Shown: positions 14,027 to 26,983, counted from the whole stretch's first letter. The stretch is DNA of 63,394 bases, filler included, from Octopus bimaculoides (GCF_001194135.2; 6 parts of 5 records of this genome joined end to end with filler, not necessarily neighbours in it), one strand, 5' to 3'. Translations and numbers: made by a program. The notes: generated from the letters alone by a model not told the origin.

Positions 14027-14174
14027 CATTAATACAGAGAACATTGAATAAAACATTCCCTGGTGTTGTGAATAGGCACCTGGCTACCACCATAAGGTTA
14101 ACATTTAAGTAGGACCAGCCAAATATCAGACAAAATGCCTTGTAGAGGATATTTAGTATCGTCCCTTTCATAAT
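14027..14174 (-). CDS. Candidate coding exon of an unknown host gene (148 nt, phase 0 to 1)
   Basis: Acceptor 'tttacatttag', donor 'aatg|gtaaag', open frame IMKGTILNILYKAFCLIFGWSYLNVNLMVVARCLFTTPGNVLFNVLCIN; no family recognised. Confidence 0.15.
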
Positions 14175-15204
14175 CTAAATGTAAATCTCACTCAGATTCA
14201 ATTTTGCCATTAGTGCATCTAGGATTAATAACGTAAGTAAGTACTAAGTTTATTTAATGGACAATGTTTGTTTCTTATACTTTGTGTCTCTGTGTTCATG
14301 GCTGTGTAGATTATAAACTTTATAATCTAAGTGCAAATGCCCTCTGGAATAATGTCGTCTTTTATTCCTTCTGGGTCGATAAAATAAATATTAGTGAAAT
14401 ACTAGCGTCAATTAAAAAAAACTACTTCTCTTCTTAGAAAATTTGCATCTCTGTACTGTAGATATATGGCAATTTTTAAGGTTACAAAATACAGATATAG
14501 CAATATAAAAAAAGGAAAAACAAGTTATATGTAAGGCTATCACTGTGGTTTTAGAAAATATGAAACTAAACATAAAATACAGGCCACCTAAGGTCAAGGA
14601 ATCTCAATAGTAGTCGACATTGAGGAGCTGACGGCTACTGAAAGCCAAGAAATATCAATTTCTGAAGATATATGATTGAAGGTACAACTTAAACAATATG
14701 TGAAAGCAGCGAGAAATGGTAGGAAAAAAAGAGAAAGAAAAGAATGAAAAATTTGGTACAGACAGAGGAATATAAAAGAAAAAAATAATTCATGAAGTAA
14801 TATAACAAAAACTAATATTGTTATTGACCCAGCGCAGTTTTTGTAGCTGCAAAGAGGAGAAAAAAATGATATTACATTTATATTCGCATTAACAAATGTA
14901 GAAGACATTGCTTACTTGGAATTCTGGACAATGAAATGGAAGAAACTTTACACAGATGTTAGAATATTCTAGACTACATTTACTTTTAGGATTTGGAAAT
15001 ATTTAATTGAGATTTAAGAATATAGAAGTTATAAAGAAAAGTGGTCAAAATCAGAAAAGTTATAATAACCCTTTTGATACCGATCTCTCCAAGATGGTCC
15101 CTAATTCTATGAAACAAGCTTCATGTTTTAAACTGATCTAAATTAAAACCTTCCATCAAGTTTTCATGTTAATTTCTTCCAAGCAAGGCCTGAAAAGGGG
15201 CTAG

Positions 15205-15605
15205 TCAGGTACACTGACCCCAGTGTTCGACTGGTATCTATTTTATTGATCCCAAAAGGATAAAAGGCAAAGTGAGTCTTAGCAGAGTTTAAACTCAGAA
15301 AATATAGATAGATAAAATGTCACTAAGCATTTTACCCGGCGCAGCAACAATTCTGCCCACTCACCACCACCCCTCCCCTTAAACACTAGAATAACAATGA
15401 TTTCCAATTTTGGCACAAGGCCAGCAACTTCAGGGTAAGTCAATTACATCAACCCCAGAGTTCAATTGGTACGTATTTTATTGACCCCAAAAGGATGAAA
15501 GATAAAGTCGACATCAGCAGAATTTGAACTCAGAATATAAGACAGACGAAATGCTGCTAAGCATTTGGTCCAGCATAATAACAATTCTGCTAGATTGCCG
15601 CCTTT
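15205..15605 (-). mobile_element. Two diverged SINE family A copies (15205-15365, 15410-15605)
   Basis: Both carry 'gaatttgaactcagaa' (reverse B box) and 'aaaggatgaaag..aaagt'. Confidence 0.75.
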
Positions 15606-15936
15606 AACACTAGCATAATAACGACAGCTATTTTCTAAATTCTTCCTTATTTTCAAAATTAACTGAAACATAGACAGTGTACACCAAGAGAAATAGCATA
15701 ACAGAATGGATAAAATTCTTCATGGATGAGCAGACAGTTAATAGGAATCACCCATCAGTAACTTTCATGGAGACATCAAAATTCATGTGGTGAGAATTGT
15801 CTTTAAGAAATTTCGTTAATTCATTAGCATAATCAAATAGAAAAGGAAATTAATTTATAGGCAATGGTAATTACACTATGGAACTGTTTGTAATGTTTGA
15901 AGAATTTCTGGAACTTCCAGGCCTCATGGAACTTAC

Positions 15937-16134
15937 AGACATGATGAAGAAACCAAGTGATACCCAGCCATCAGTTTCTATGTCCAAGACAGACAGCTGA
16001 ACTGTTTTAAATGTTGAGCGTTGGACCGTATCCAGGTTAGCAATCCCCCACCAAGATGAAATATACCCATATACCCGTATATCCAACTCTTCCTGACTAA
16101 CAAGCTTCATTTCCATCTCCTCCACTGACATCAA
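15937..16134 (-). CDS. Candidate coding exon of an unknown host gene (198 nt, phase 0/0)
   Basis: Acceptor 'tttacttatctgaag', consensus donor 'tct|gtaagt', 66 open codons LMSVEEMEMKLVSQEELDIRVYGYISSWWG...GFFIMS in non-repetitive DNA; no family recognised. Confidence 0.25.
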
Positions 16135-16820
16135 CTTCAGATAAGTAAATTAATACACCCCATACCCCAGGAAAAAGATTTTTCTAGAATTACCGGGCCA
16201 GATGCTATGTCACTTAATGAAGCCAAATATTCAAAAACCTTCAATTTTTTTTTTATTTTTGAAACTTTTTTTGGTGCTTATGAAATGAAACCAATCCAAA
16301 AAGAACCATGTTGGAATGTTCTTGAAGAAAAAAAAAACAGAACTAGGAAATGTAATGGCTATCCCTAAAAAATGGAATGTAACAGAAAACCGAAAGAACA
16401 ATAAAAATAAGCCCTCACTCTTCCTTTCTCTTCTTCTGTGTCTTTCTCTATTCCTCCCCCCCCGCCCCCCACACACACTCTCTCTCCCCTGCTCATTCGT
16501 GGCCGGGTAATTAAGATGCTCACTTCCCGACAAGGAAGTTTTGGGGTTCAGTTACACTGCACGGCACCTTAGGCAAGTCCGTCTTTACATTCCAAGTTCA
16601 AATTCTGCCAAAGTCAGCTTTGCTTTCCATCCTATCAGCATCAATAAAATAAGTACCAGTTAAATATTGGGGTCGATGTAATCGACTAATCCTGTAATAA
16701 GTGCAGGAATGACATATGCTTAGTGGGTGCAAACCCAAGTCCATAATTCTTATAAACAAAGTTGGGTTTTTTTCAATTTTGATATCAAAACATAAAAAAG
16801 TATGATAATTATTATCGTTA

Positions 16821-16875
<55 letters not shown>

Positions 16876-17106
16876 TATGTTGTTGTTTTTGTTCTTCTTT
16901 CTTCAAATTTTCTTCCATTTCTCGCCGAGTGTTTTCCGTACACTTAGGGCAGAGAAACTCATTGTATGCATTCCCAGTTTACACACGCAAATTCACAGGT
17001 GAAATATGTATTAAAAATAATTTTAAAAATCATGAATGGATGTTGTTTTCACAGCGATAATGCTCTTCTCAGTACATGAGTCGTTCCAGTCGTTCCAGTT
17101 GACACA

Positions 17107-17153
<47 letters not shown>

Positions 17154-17253
17154 NNNNNNNNNNNNNNNNNNNNNNNNNNNNNNNNNNNNNNNNNNNNTTA
17201 ATTAATTAANNNNNNNNNNNNNNNNNNNNNNNNNNNNNNNNNNNNNNNNNNNN

Positions 17254-17303
<50 letters not shown>

Positions 17304-17863
17304 TAATATTAATGTTTTTTTTATGTTCAGTTATAATAAAAACAATTTTACATTAATCTGAAGGGCTACTCTATACTTTTGAAGAGTACAAATTTATTAT
17401 TCGTATACAAGAATGTTGACAGTAACTTCAAAGTTTCTGCCAGCTAAACCATCATCAGACTGCGATGCCTTGGAGTTAGTTTTGCCTTTATATAGTCTCT
17501 GTTGAGTTAATAATAATCTTTGGGTTTGAGTGGGGTTATAGTTAGGTTTTTATGAAAAGGTGTTTTGGAAAAAAATTTATTGATTATATTTGGGGTTATG
17601 TTACATTTTAGAATTTATTAATGCATGTAGAACTTTCTAAACAAGCCTGTTGGTGTTTCTTTTTGTTAGCTAGGTACTAGGTATTACATTATTTTTGTTG
17701 CTTTTGGTATCATTGGATATAATCTTTTTGCTTTGACAATATGAAGGTCAAAAGTACAAAGTCCAGTATTTAAGCTCTTAGTAATTGAGTGTGTCAACGT
17801 TTTTAAATATATATATATATATTAAAATATATATATATTAAAATATATATATATTAAAATATA

Positions 17864-18750
17864 TGCGATCTGATCAATAAGTATCCGGACTGTTACTATA
17901 ATAATGAAGCATGCAGATTGAAGCCACTTGGCAGACATTGACCTTGCACTCTGCTGTGCATGCACACTAAGTTTTAACGTTCTAGTTCACTTCTGCTGTT
18001 TACAGCAGTGCTTGGATGGAAGGTGTGTAGTGTGTGATCGTCGCATTGACCATGACAAAGAAAGTTATCAAGATGATACCTACTCAGAGGCCCACACAAA
18101 GTTGGCAGAAAGTGTTTGAAGAGGGGTGTATGAGCTGCACACAAGTGTCCAAGTAGTTCAGACGTTTCCAAAATGGCCGAAAAAAATGTCAATATTGAAT
18201 GTTCTGGGAGACCTGCAACCAGCAGAACTGAGAAAACCATCACAAATGTGCATGCAACTGAGAGAGGAAATCATCGAATCTCCATCCATGAGTTATCAGA
18301 GGAGATGTGTAGATTAGTTACGGTTCAGTTCAATCCATTATCCCTCTGAAGATTTGGGTATGGGATGTGTGTCTGCCAAGTTTGTGCCAAAACTGCTTCA
18401 GCTGACCAAGAAAACATTCGGGTTTCAGTTGCACAAGATCTCCTTGTGTCGAGAACAATGAAAAATTTTTGAAAACTTTGCATAGGCCTCTGAGCAGGTA
18501 TCACCAAGCTTTTGGCAAAATTTGATGCAGATTCTCTACTCAACTTTCTCTGTCATGGTGAATGTGATGATCACATGTTACACATGTTCCTTCTAAGCAC
18601 TGCTGTATACAGTGGAAGTGAACTAGAATATTAAAACTTAGTGCACATACACATCAGAGTTTAAGGTCAATATGTGCTGAGTGGCTTTACTCTGCATGCT
18701 TTAGCTTCCTTACTATGGCAACAGTTTGCATACTTATTGATCAGACCATG
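17864..18750 (+). mobile_element. Internally deleted mariner-like element with long (~200 bp) inverted termini
   Basis: TA flanks; 'tgcgatctgatcaataagtatccggactgtt' versus inverse 'aacagtttgcatacttattgatcagaccatg'; 17920-18065 inversely matches 18540-18700; relic VSAKFVPKLL resembles the mariner WVPHEL linker region. Confidence 0.8.
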
Positions 18751-19288
18751 TATATATGTGTGTGTGTGTAAGCCCAACAAGAAACTTCCCTACATACATA
18801 AGCAGACTTGTCACACATCCTCCCCCATAGTGTTTAAAAGCCTGATAGTCAACATTAGTGGTTTTAATAATGAATTTACAATCCTTCATGTAATAATACA
18901 AAAAACAAAAACAGATCTAAAAATAAACTTAGGAGAATAATTATTGCTAAACCCAAGCAGGCAAAAGATACCTGTCTCTCTTAGACAAATATTTTCCCAT
19001 AATTCACAGGTACAGAAATAGACTCAACAAGTGTTCAATCAAATTATCATATAGCTGCTACCCCATCATCAAGAGCCTATTCTCAGTTGTAACTGTCAAG
19101 ATACAGGAGCCTGTCCACTTGCTTGCATGATGGCACTTGTGTGTTATAAAATGCTGAGTTGTTTTTATAGCATGAAATTATTAGTAGGTCATAAAAATAT
19201 ATACTGTGGTTATTAAATAACATTTGTCTCACACCAGATGGAGTACTTTTTTCTTGATCTTACCTTCACAGTGCAGTATACTATATAT

Positions 19289-19373
<85 letters not shown>

Positions 19374-19759
19374 ATCCCAGCATGGAAGGGGGATATGAAC
19401 CACGTCATAACATTATCCAACTATAGTTATCATACTCGGTCATAATGTCTTACGTGTAAGATGATTCCCATGCATTTCCCTGAGGAGAAGTTTACATTTT
19501 TAACATCGCCGATTCCTATGGATCGCATAAATTGTAATTCTTCGAAACATATGTCGGAATAAAGTATGCAGTTATAACATGCGTTTTCTCCATTCCTTAA
19601 ATTTTAAAATATACTCAAATACCCAAAATATCAAGGAGTTTCTGCCTCACCAACAGGAATTACACCACAGTTATTTTGTGATCTTTGCTACCTTGGTTTC
19701 TATTAACCCATTTATTCTATCAAAATTATTATTTATTAGGATAGAATAAATACATTTAA

Positions 19760-19798
<39 letters not shown>

Positions 19799-19804
19799 CA
19801 TGCA

Positions 19805-20024
19805 TACAAAAGATGGCTGGAAAGTTCCTGGCTTTAAGGGTATCACAAAAGGCCTGACTGAAGGCCCAACCTTCTGAGTTCTTTTACAGGGCTTAGAAAG
19901 AATGAAGGACTGCTGCAATAAATGTGAGAATCTGAGAGGGGAATATGTTGTATAAAATCATAATTAACTGATCCTCCAATATTTTCTTTTAACCAAAGCC
20001 AGGAACTTTTCAGCACCCCTTGTA
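19805..20024. mobile_element. Tc1/mariner-type MITE
   Basis: ~29-bp TIRs ('ctggaaagttcctggcttt' / 'aaagccaggaacttttcag') with TA ends. Confidence 0.75.
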
Positions 20025-20026
20025 TA

Positions 20027-20059
<33 letters not shown>

Positions 20060-21104
20060 GATGTTAGGGAACTAATAAATGCAAGTTGATTCCTCAGTCA
20101 GCACTCCTGCAAATACTGGCTAATAGAATGTCTAGAAGTGGACAACATTCCTTAAGGGAAATCCTTGACACAGACTGAAATTCCAACTATAATTAATTAG
20201 TCAGAGTATAATACCTTATGTCCAAGAGTGAAATTTTTGCTATTATACTTATTAAAAATTCTATTCTTGGATTTTATATTCTGTTAATATTTACTCTCTA
20301 CCATCAGAACAGAACAAATTGCCTTTGTTTTTTGCCTTACTTGTCTTAAAAAAAAAAATTTAAAAAAAAGCAACAAAATTTATGCATTCTAATCTTGTTT
20401 CACATGAATGTATTTAAAATTTTTTAACCTTTTTTTTTCTTCTAATTGTTATTATTACTGTTGCTACTCTAAACCTTACAACACATTTTCTTCCTATCTC
20501 TTTTCATTTTCTTTCTTATTTTACAATGTCAGCTGTCTGTCAAATCGTTCACAATACTTACTGAATTTTGGTCTGATAATATTGTTTTTCATATTGCTAA
20601 CACATTTTTTTAACTATTGTTAAGAATGCCAAGTATTTTCATAGCTTTTTTTTTTACATAACAGATTTATACATATCACTATTTTGTACATTAATAAATA
20701 TATTATTATTTTAGCTTTGTTCTTATTCTCTTTTATTTCATGTTTTTTTCTTTTTAATCCATTTATTTCATTCTTTTCTTGTTGTTTTATTCATTTTAAC
20801 CCTGTTAAATGTAATGCTTATTTATTCACATTGTTTTAATTAATCATCTATTATCTTGCAGCTTCTAGATTTTGGTGATGTAATTGTTTATTTTTAGAAT
20901 GACATCATAGGGTAGGAGTAAAAGGTTGGTTTCAACCAGTTTCAACCTAAAACAGGTAGAATATTTTGACTGGATATTGGTTGGATACTGGTTGGATATT
21001 GGCTGGATATTGGTTGAATACTGGCTAGATATGGCCAGCTGGAATAGTAAAAGATTAAACAATCTATTGCACACATTAGGCTTTTAAAAATATATTCTTT
21101 TGTT

Positions 21105-21480
21105 CTTTTATTCGCTTCAGTCATTTGACTGCTGCCATGCTGGAGCACAGCTTTGAAGGGTTTTTTTTAGTTGAACAAATTGACTTCAGGACTTACTTTT
21201 TAAGTCTGGTACTTATTCTATCAGTCTCTTTTGTCAAACTGCTAAGTTACAGGGTTGTAAACACACCAACACTGGTTGTTAAACACTGATGGAAGGGAGA
21301 TAAACACAAAGACACACACACACACATGATGTGCTTCTTTCAGCTTCTATCTACCAAATCCACTCACAAAGCTTTGGTCAGCCTGAGGCTATAGTAGAAG
21401 ACACTTACTTAAAGTTCCACTCAGTGGGATTGAACCTGGAACCATGTGGTTGGGAAGCAAAGTTCTTACCACACAGCCAC
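21105..21480 (-). mobile_element. SINE family B, full length
   Basis: Colinear with 1545-1915. Confidence 0.85.
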
Positions 21481-21956
21481 AACTAAGTCTCCTGGAATAA
21501 TTGATATTTTACTTGATTTTTTTTTACTCTAATAAAATGCCATTAACTGATACATGAAATGTACAACATTTTTTTTACATAAGTAATATTTTTGAAGAGG
21601 TGAAGATAACTATTAATATCTATAACATAATAGAAGTTAAGCATCTAGCAAACAAAATAAGCAACTCTGTTACAATTCTATGTTCTACCTCTTTCTTTTC
21701 ACTTATATCACCAAAACCTTTGGGAAAAAGCATGAATCTCATCTCATTTTTTCTAACTTGTTATATTTTATGTCTATATGGGAAAAATTACAACTGGAAA
21801 TCACTCTGGTGCATCTTTCTTGATATGATTTGATGACAATGATAGCAAACTGCATATAGAAATAAATATGGTATTAGCAGCTTAGAGTAGTGAGCTAAAA
21901 AAAATGATTTTTTTAGTTCACCAATTTTTGCCTATTGTATATTTTTTAAACATATA

Positions 21957-23277
21957 TCAGGTGGTATCAAAAAGTACCCGAACTAGTTATTATACTTAAT
22001 AAAAAATTACTTATTTACCTAAGCTTTAACATCATCTCCTTCAAAATAGTTACCTTGTACAGCAATACACTGGTACCAGGGTTTCTGCTATTTTTGGAAT
22101 CTGACCTGGATGTCGTTTTCCATAAATGAGTTGAGGTCCTTCTGTGATTCACTCTTGATCTCAACAATGGTGTTATAATGGTGACTTTTGAGCTGCATTT
22201 TCATCTTGGGGAAGAGATGGAAGTCCATTGGTGCTAAATCTGGTGAATAGGGCAGGTGAGGAAGTGATACCATGTAGTTTTTGGCGAGAAACTCATGAGT
22301 AAGGAGAGCTTGGTGATGGGGTGCATTGTTGCTCTGAAGAATCCAATTCTTTGCACTCCACTAATCCGGTTGCTTTTGCCATATGTCCTCCTTCAAATGT
22401 TTTAAAATATTGCAATAGAACTCTTGACTGATGGTTTGACCTTGGAAGCTGAATTATCAAAGCAAAATACCGTGGTTGTTGAAAAAAATTATGAGCATGC
22501 TCATGACTGAGCTGTGGCTCTGTCATACCTATTTTTGCAATGAAGATGAAGGACCCTCCCATTGTGATGACTGCAGCTTCATCTCAGGGTCGTACCTGTA
22601 GACCCAACTCTTGTTATAGGTGATGATCCTTGACATGAAGAATGGGTCAGCAGTGGCATGCTGACAGAGATCTTGACAAACTTTGATGTGATGTTCTTTC
22701 TGCTTAGTGGTCAGCAGGTGGGGACAACTTGGCAGAGACAGGCAAAATATTCAATTCAGATGTTAGGATTGCCTGCATGAACCCATACAACAGACTATCA
22801 ACATCAGCAATATCATTGATTGTTCTCTGACGATCCTCATGCACAAGCTGATGAACTTTCTCCACATTTCTGGGGATGATGCTTATGCTAGGTCTCCAGA
22901 TCATTTATCATCTTCCAAGGATGTTCTTCCACCTTTGAAGAGCCCATGCCACTCGAAACATTGTGTACAACCCATTGCCTTGTTGTTGTAAGCTTGCTAA
23001 AGCATGCTCAATGTCTCTGTAGCAGACTTTTCAACTTTAACGCAAAATTTCTTGTTGGCTCTTTGTTCCAACTTCTTGTCCATGACAAAATTGCAGGCTA
23101 CAGCATACATGTCATCCCAAAAGCACAAATTTCACAACTTTTGAAGTAAACACAGTGATGTCATTCGACACATTGCCTCATAAAGGTCACTGCTAGCTCT
23201 CACTGTGCAAGCAACTTTGTTCTGCCATCTGTTGGTGCACTGCAGAACTAGTCTGGGAACTTTTTGATACCACCGCA
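21957..23277 (-). mobile_element. Full-length (~1.32 kb) decayed mariner transposon
   Basis: TA-flanked ~30-bp TIRs ('tcaggtggtatcaaaaagtacccgaactagtt' / 'aactagtctgggaactttttgataccaccgca'); length typical of mariner. Confidence 0.9.
22088..23080 (-). pseudogene. Mariner (DD34D-type) transposase pseudogene
   Basis: LPHLPYSPDLAPMDFHLFPKMK (YSPDLAP motif) and NVEKVHQLVHEDRQRTINDIA (HTH region); multiple stops and frameshifts. Confidence 0.9.
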
Positions 23278-23459
23278 TATAAATATGATAAATGAACATG
23301 CAGTAAATACATTGGAGACACAGGCTAGTTAACAGAGAAAATAGACTTTGTATGTGGCAGATGCACAGAAGTAAGGAATTCTAAAAGTGCATAGGAAATA
23401 AATGCTCAGGTGGATCACAAGAGGTTATTGATAACTTCTGTTATCTAGGTCACCTAATT

Positions 23460-23990
23460 ATTAGTAAATGTTCTCAAGATAGAAAAGCCAGAATAACAAC
23501 AAGGTGAAGAAAGTTCAGGAAGCTATTACTTCTGTTAACTACAAAAAATTTCTTAGAGTGAACAGCAGACTGTATGATGTTAGTGTATGAGCTGCAATGT
23601 TACATGGTGGTGAAATATGGGTCCTGTGAAAACTAGAGAACCTATGAAGACTAGAAGGAAATGAAGCAAGCATGCTCTGCAAGATGTGCAGTGTTATTGC
23701 ACATGATCAATGAGCATTAGAGGAATCTAATGTAGTGTTCAAGAGAAAAAATCTGCATTGATTTGGACATGTGAAGATAGTTGTACAAAGAAGCACTGAT
23801 TGCTTATAACAGATGGAGTCTGGAAAAGGAAAACCCAGGAAGATGTGAGATGAGGTGGTGAAGGCTGTTCTCGGGATGTTAAGATTCACAGAAGAGATAT
23901 CAAAGGACCAAGATGACTGGCAATATGCAGTGATCAAGAAAACCCACTTGGCTATGCTAGAAAAGTGTGAGTGGGGCTCTCAAAGCTTAA
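23460..23990 (+). pseudogene. RTE-clade LINE ORF 3' fragment
   Basis: ...AAMLHGGEIW..., FGHV, GKGKPRKM*DEVVK..., DQDDWQYAVIKKT; same region as 61870-62084. Confidence 0.75.
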
Positions 23991-24719
23991 TGTGTACACA
24001 CACAACTGGGTCCCTACTAAGTCTACAAATGCTGCTTCATCCCCCTTTTGCACCCACTAGACAGTTGGGTTTCTCCTTCAAGCCATTTCTTATTGACATC
24101 TCATTTTTACCAGTGACTCTCCCATTCTTGTTTGTATCCATCTTTTTCTCTCTTCTCACTTGTAACCTTTAACCCAATCCTTTATTACTCCACCACTCAC
24201 CCTTCAATTGCTATCCTATCTACTGTTTAACATGCGGCTGTAAGAAATGAAAGCAGAACCTGCTACTATACCATATTGTTATCTTTGTATTACCAGCTTT
24301 CACTCCCTCTCCTTTGTGCTATTCCCAAATGGCATCCATTTCTCATTTTTATAATTGTCTACCCCATTCATATTTACCACCCCCACCTTTGCTCACCATT
24401 CAGTACATTCATTCCCTATATACATCTGACCACTTTCAGGACCATGCTGCTATCCCTCTTTCACTCCATTTTCACACTGTTGCAATCTTATTCACCCTTC
24501 CTGATTATTCTGTACCCATGCTCTCTATTTACTTTCTTGGACATGTTACCATGAAAGTATGTTCTGGAATATTGACTATCATATTTACCTCACTTTTGGG
24601 TATCGCTTCAGCCTTTCCCATTCACCCATGTTAAATGTGAGGTAGTAATGAATCTTCTCCTTTGATCATACTGCATCCTCTCAACACTTGTGTAAAGCAA
24701 CCACTTTATCACCTATTTG

Positions 24720-24952
24720 AGGGGCTCTTTAATCTTGCAAGTTATCAGGTAACCTCAGTAGTGCTGGTGCCATGAAAAGGAAACACCCAGTACACTCTGT
24801 AAAGTAGTTAGTATTAGGAAGAGCATCCAACTGTAGAAACCATGCCAAAACTGAGATACTGAAGCACGCATAGTCCTCCAACCTGTTTAAGCCTGTCAAA
24901 ATATGCAACTCATGCCAGCATGAAAAGTGGATGTAAAAGTGAAGATGATGAT
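24720..24952 (+). mobile_element. RTE-tail SINE/3' UTR ending in (GAT)n
   Basis: 'ggaagagcatccaactgtagaaacc...catgccagcatgaaaagtggatgtaaaa..gatgatga' is shared with 62380-62538 and inversely with 41325-41545. Confidence 0.7.
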
Positions 24953-25069
24953 TTATACTTTAATTTAAAATGACAATTTGCTGTGGTGAAATCTTGACAC
25001 TCCTGGAGGTTAGCAAGTGAACCTTAAAAATGTGCATGCGTACTGACAGTCCGAGGTACAGTGTGGTGT

Positions 25070-26839
25070 TTTTCTGGTTAAAATCCTTGTGATTCCGTAG
25101 AAGTAAGTGTTATAATTGTTATAGTATATTTGCTGAAGGTCTCCCCTCATGGGTGTACCGACGAGTGTTGATTGTTGAAATTGTTGTTTTTACATACGAG
25201 TTTGTTGATTTGTGTTTGTTTCCTTCCCATTTATGGGGGAACCTGAGAAGAGAAGAAAAATGGAACAAGTACCAGCAAAAAGCCACAGTTATGCAACAGC
25301 AACTGGTAGAGGAGTGGACACTGACGCTTTGGAGGTTCGTGAGGTGAAGGTATAACCGAAGAAGCTAAATGAGTGCGAAAAGTTATTGAAAAGAGAAGGC
25401 CATACTTTAAAATTAACGCCACCAGATGAACTAACAAATAGTGCAAGAAACAGAACTGTGAAATTCAAAATACTGAAAGTGTCATCGAAACTATCGAAGC
25501 CATTTAAGAGTGTCTAAAAGAACTTAAAAAGTTCACCACTTTCATCACAAGAGGAAGAAAGTATGGCACAGTGGAGGTGCGATTCGCGACTGAAGACGAA
25601 GCGATAAAACACTCCACTGTAGCCATAAAGACGGAAGAATGGGTACTTTTGCCAACGTACTGTGGAGAGCATGTTGCCAGGGTGAGAGGAAAAGTACACC
25701 CAGAAATAAATGAAACATGGTTGGTAGCAGCGATAATGTTTAACATGGAGGAAGACGCAAAAATACTTAAAGTGACGAGATTCAAAAGGTTAAATTGTAT
25801 GGCATAGAGATGGCCATACAAGCAAGTTTAAGTGACTTAAACAAAATTGCAGAGGAAATAATTTTACCTGAGGAAGTGAGGCTCAGAGCGGTAGTGGAGG
25901 GCAGGCCTCCTATATGTTATCAATGCGGGAAAAAAGGCCATATGAAGGCAAGGTGCCCCAAGAGAGAGGAAGAACAACAGATGGAACAATCTGAAAAAAA
26001 GAGGAAGATGAAATGGTACAAGATGGTGTGAAGGAGACGATAATAACAGAAGAAGCGTTCACAGTGGTTAAAAAACGAAAAAGAAAAAAAGAAGAGTAAT
26101 CTCTCCGCCAGAGAGGCAGAAAAAGAAAAAAAGAAGAGGATAAGGTGGTTGAGAAAGAGGTGACAGTAGCAAGGATACTAGCTAAACTAGCGGAGGAGGA
26201 AGATCTGGGTGGTGTAGAGAGACAACAGCACGAAAGTGAAGCAGTGACAGTATCTAAAATGGAAGAAGATAAAAACAGAGTGGAGCAAGGAAAAAACAAA
26301 CAAATGAGAAAACCGAAGAAGTATAAGTGGAATTTCGTGACATACGCCAAGAACACGGCAATAGAAAAAAAGATTATGAAGTTTAAATCCATAATAAGGG
26401 TGAGGTTGCCTACGGAGATTTACACGGAAAATGTGAAAGCAATTGTTATAGATAAAGAGAGGTGTAACAGGTTAAAGGAAATGTTTGGAAGGGATATTGA
26501 TCCACCGGGAGTTGAGGTGGAGCTTGGCGAACTACCGCCACTGATGGAATATAGAGAATTGGAACCATATATGAACTATTAAAAAAAAAGAGTAAGTAAA
26601 ATTTAAAAAAACAAACTATGTTAATGGTATAAACAAAAGGAAAGAAGAGATTATAAACTTTGTAATAACGTTCAAATGGTACTGCATGAGAGTGGGGCTC
26701 ATGCAGCCATTTCATCTTCATTTATTATATAACATTTTTCTCATTTTGATTAGTTTTGTGTTTTTTTATCCCCACTGTGGTGTTCTGTCTGTCCTTGTGC
26801 TGTCCCCTCTGTGTAAAAGCCTGAGTACTTAAAGAATTA
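25070..26839 (+). mobile_element. E1: ORF1-only non-autonomous non-LTR-type element inside the 5' LTR
   Basis: Flanked by direct repeat gtacagtgtggtgt (25056-25069 / 26840-26853); 5' UTR, one ORF, ~250-nt 3' UTR ending 'tgtctgtccttgtgctgtcccctctgtgt...taaagaatta'; no RT. Confidence 0.8.
25260..26582 (+). pseudogene. L1/Tx1 ORF1-like protein (RRM-like region, CCHC knuckle, charged linker, unassigned C-terminal domain), disrupted
   Basis: GRKYGTVEVRFATEDEA, LLPTYCG..VARVR.KV.PEI, VVEGRPPICYQCGKKGHMKARCP; stops and frameshifts present. Confidence 0.8.
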
Positions 26840-26983
26840 GTACAGTGTGGTGTGTGCAGTCGCATTTGTGAAGGCAGTTGTAGAAGTCGTTGAGAAGAGA
26901 TACAAGTTTGTTTCTGATTTAGTTTTTGTAGTGCTATAACACTGTTACAGTGTAGTCTATATCCAAACTCAAGAATATAAAAG

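Larger units (their letters stand above)
24982..26982 (+). repeat. 5' LTR (~220 bp core: 24982-25069 plus 26840-26982) containing element E1
   Basis: Head ~80% identical to 32752-32851; tail ~93% identical to 37057-37212 (first 73 nt identical); followed by the PBS. Confidence 0.75.
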
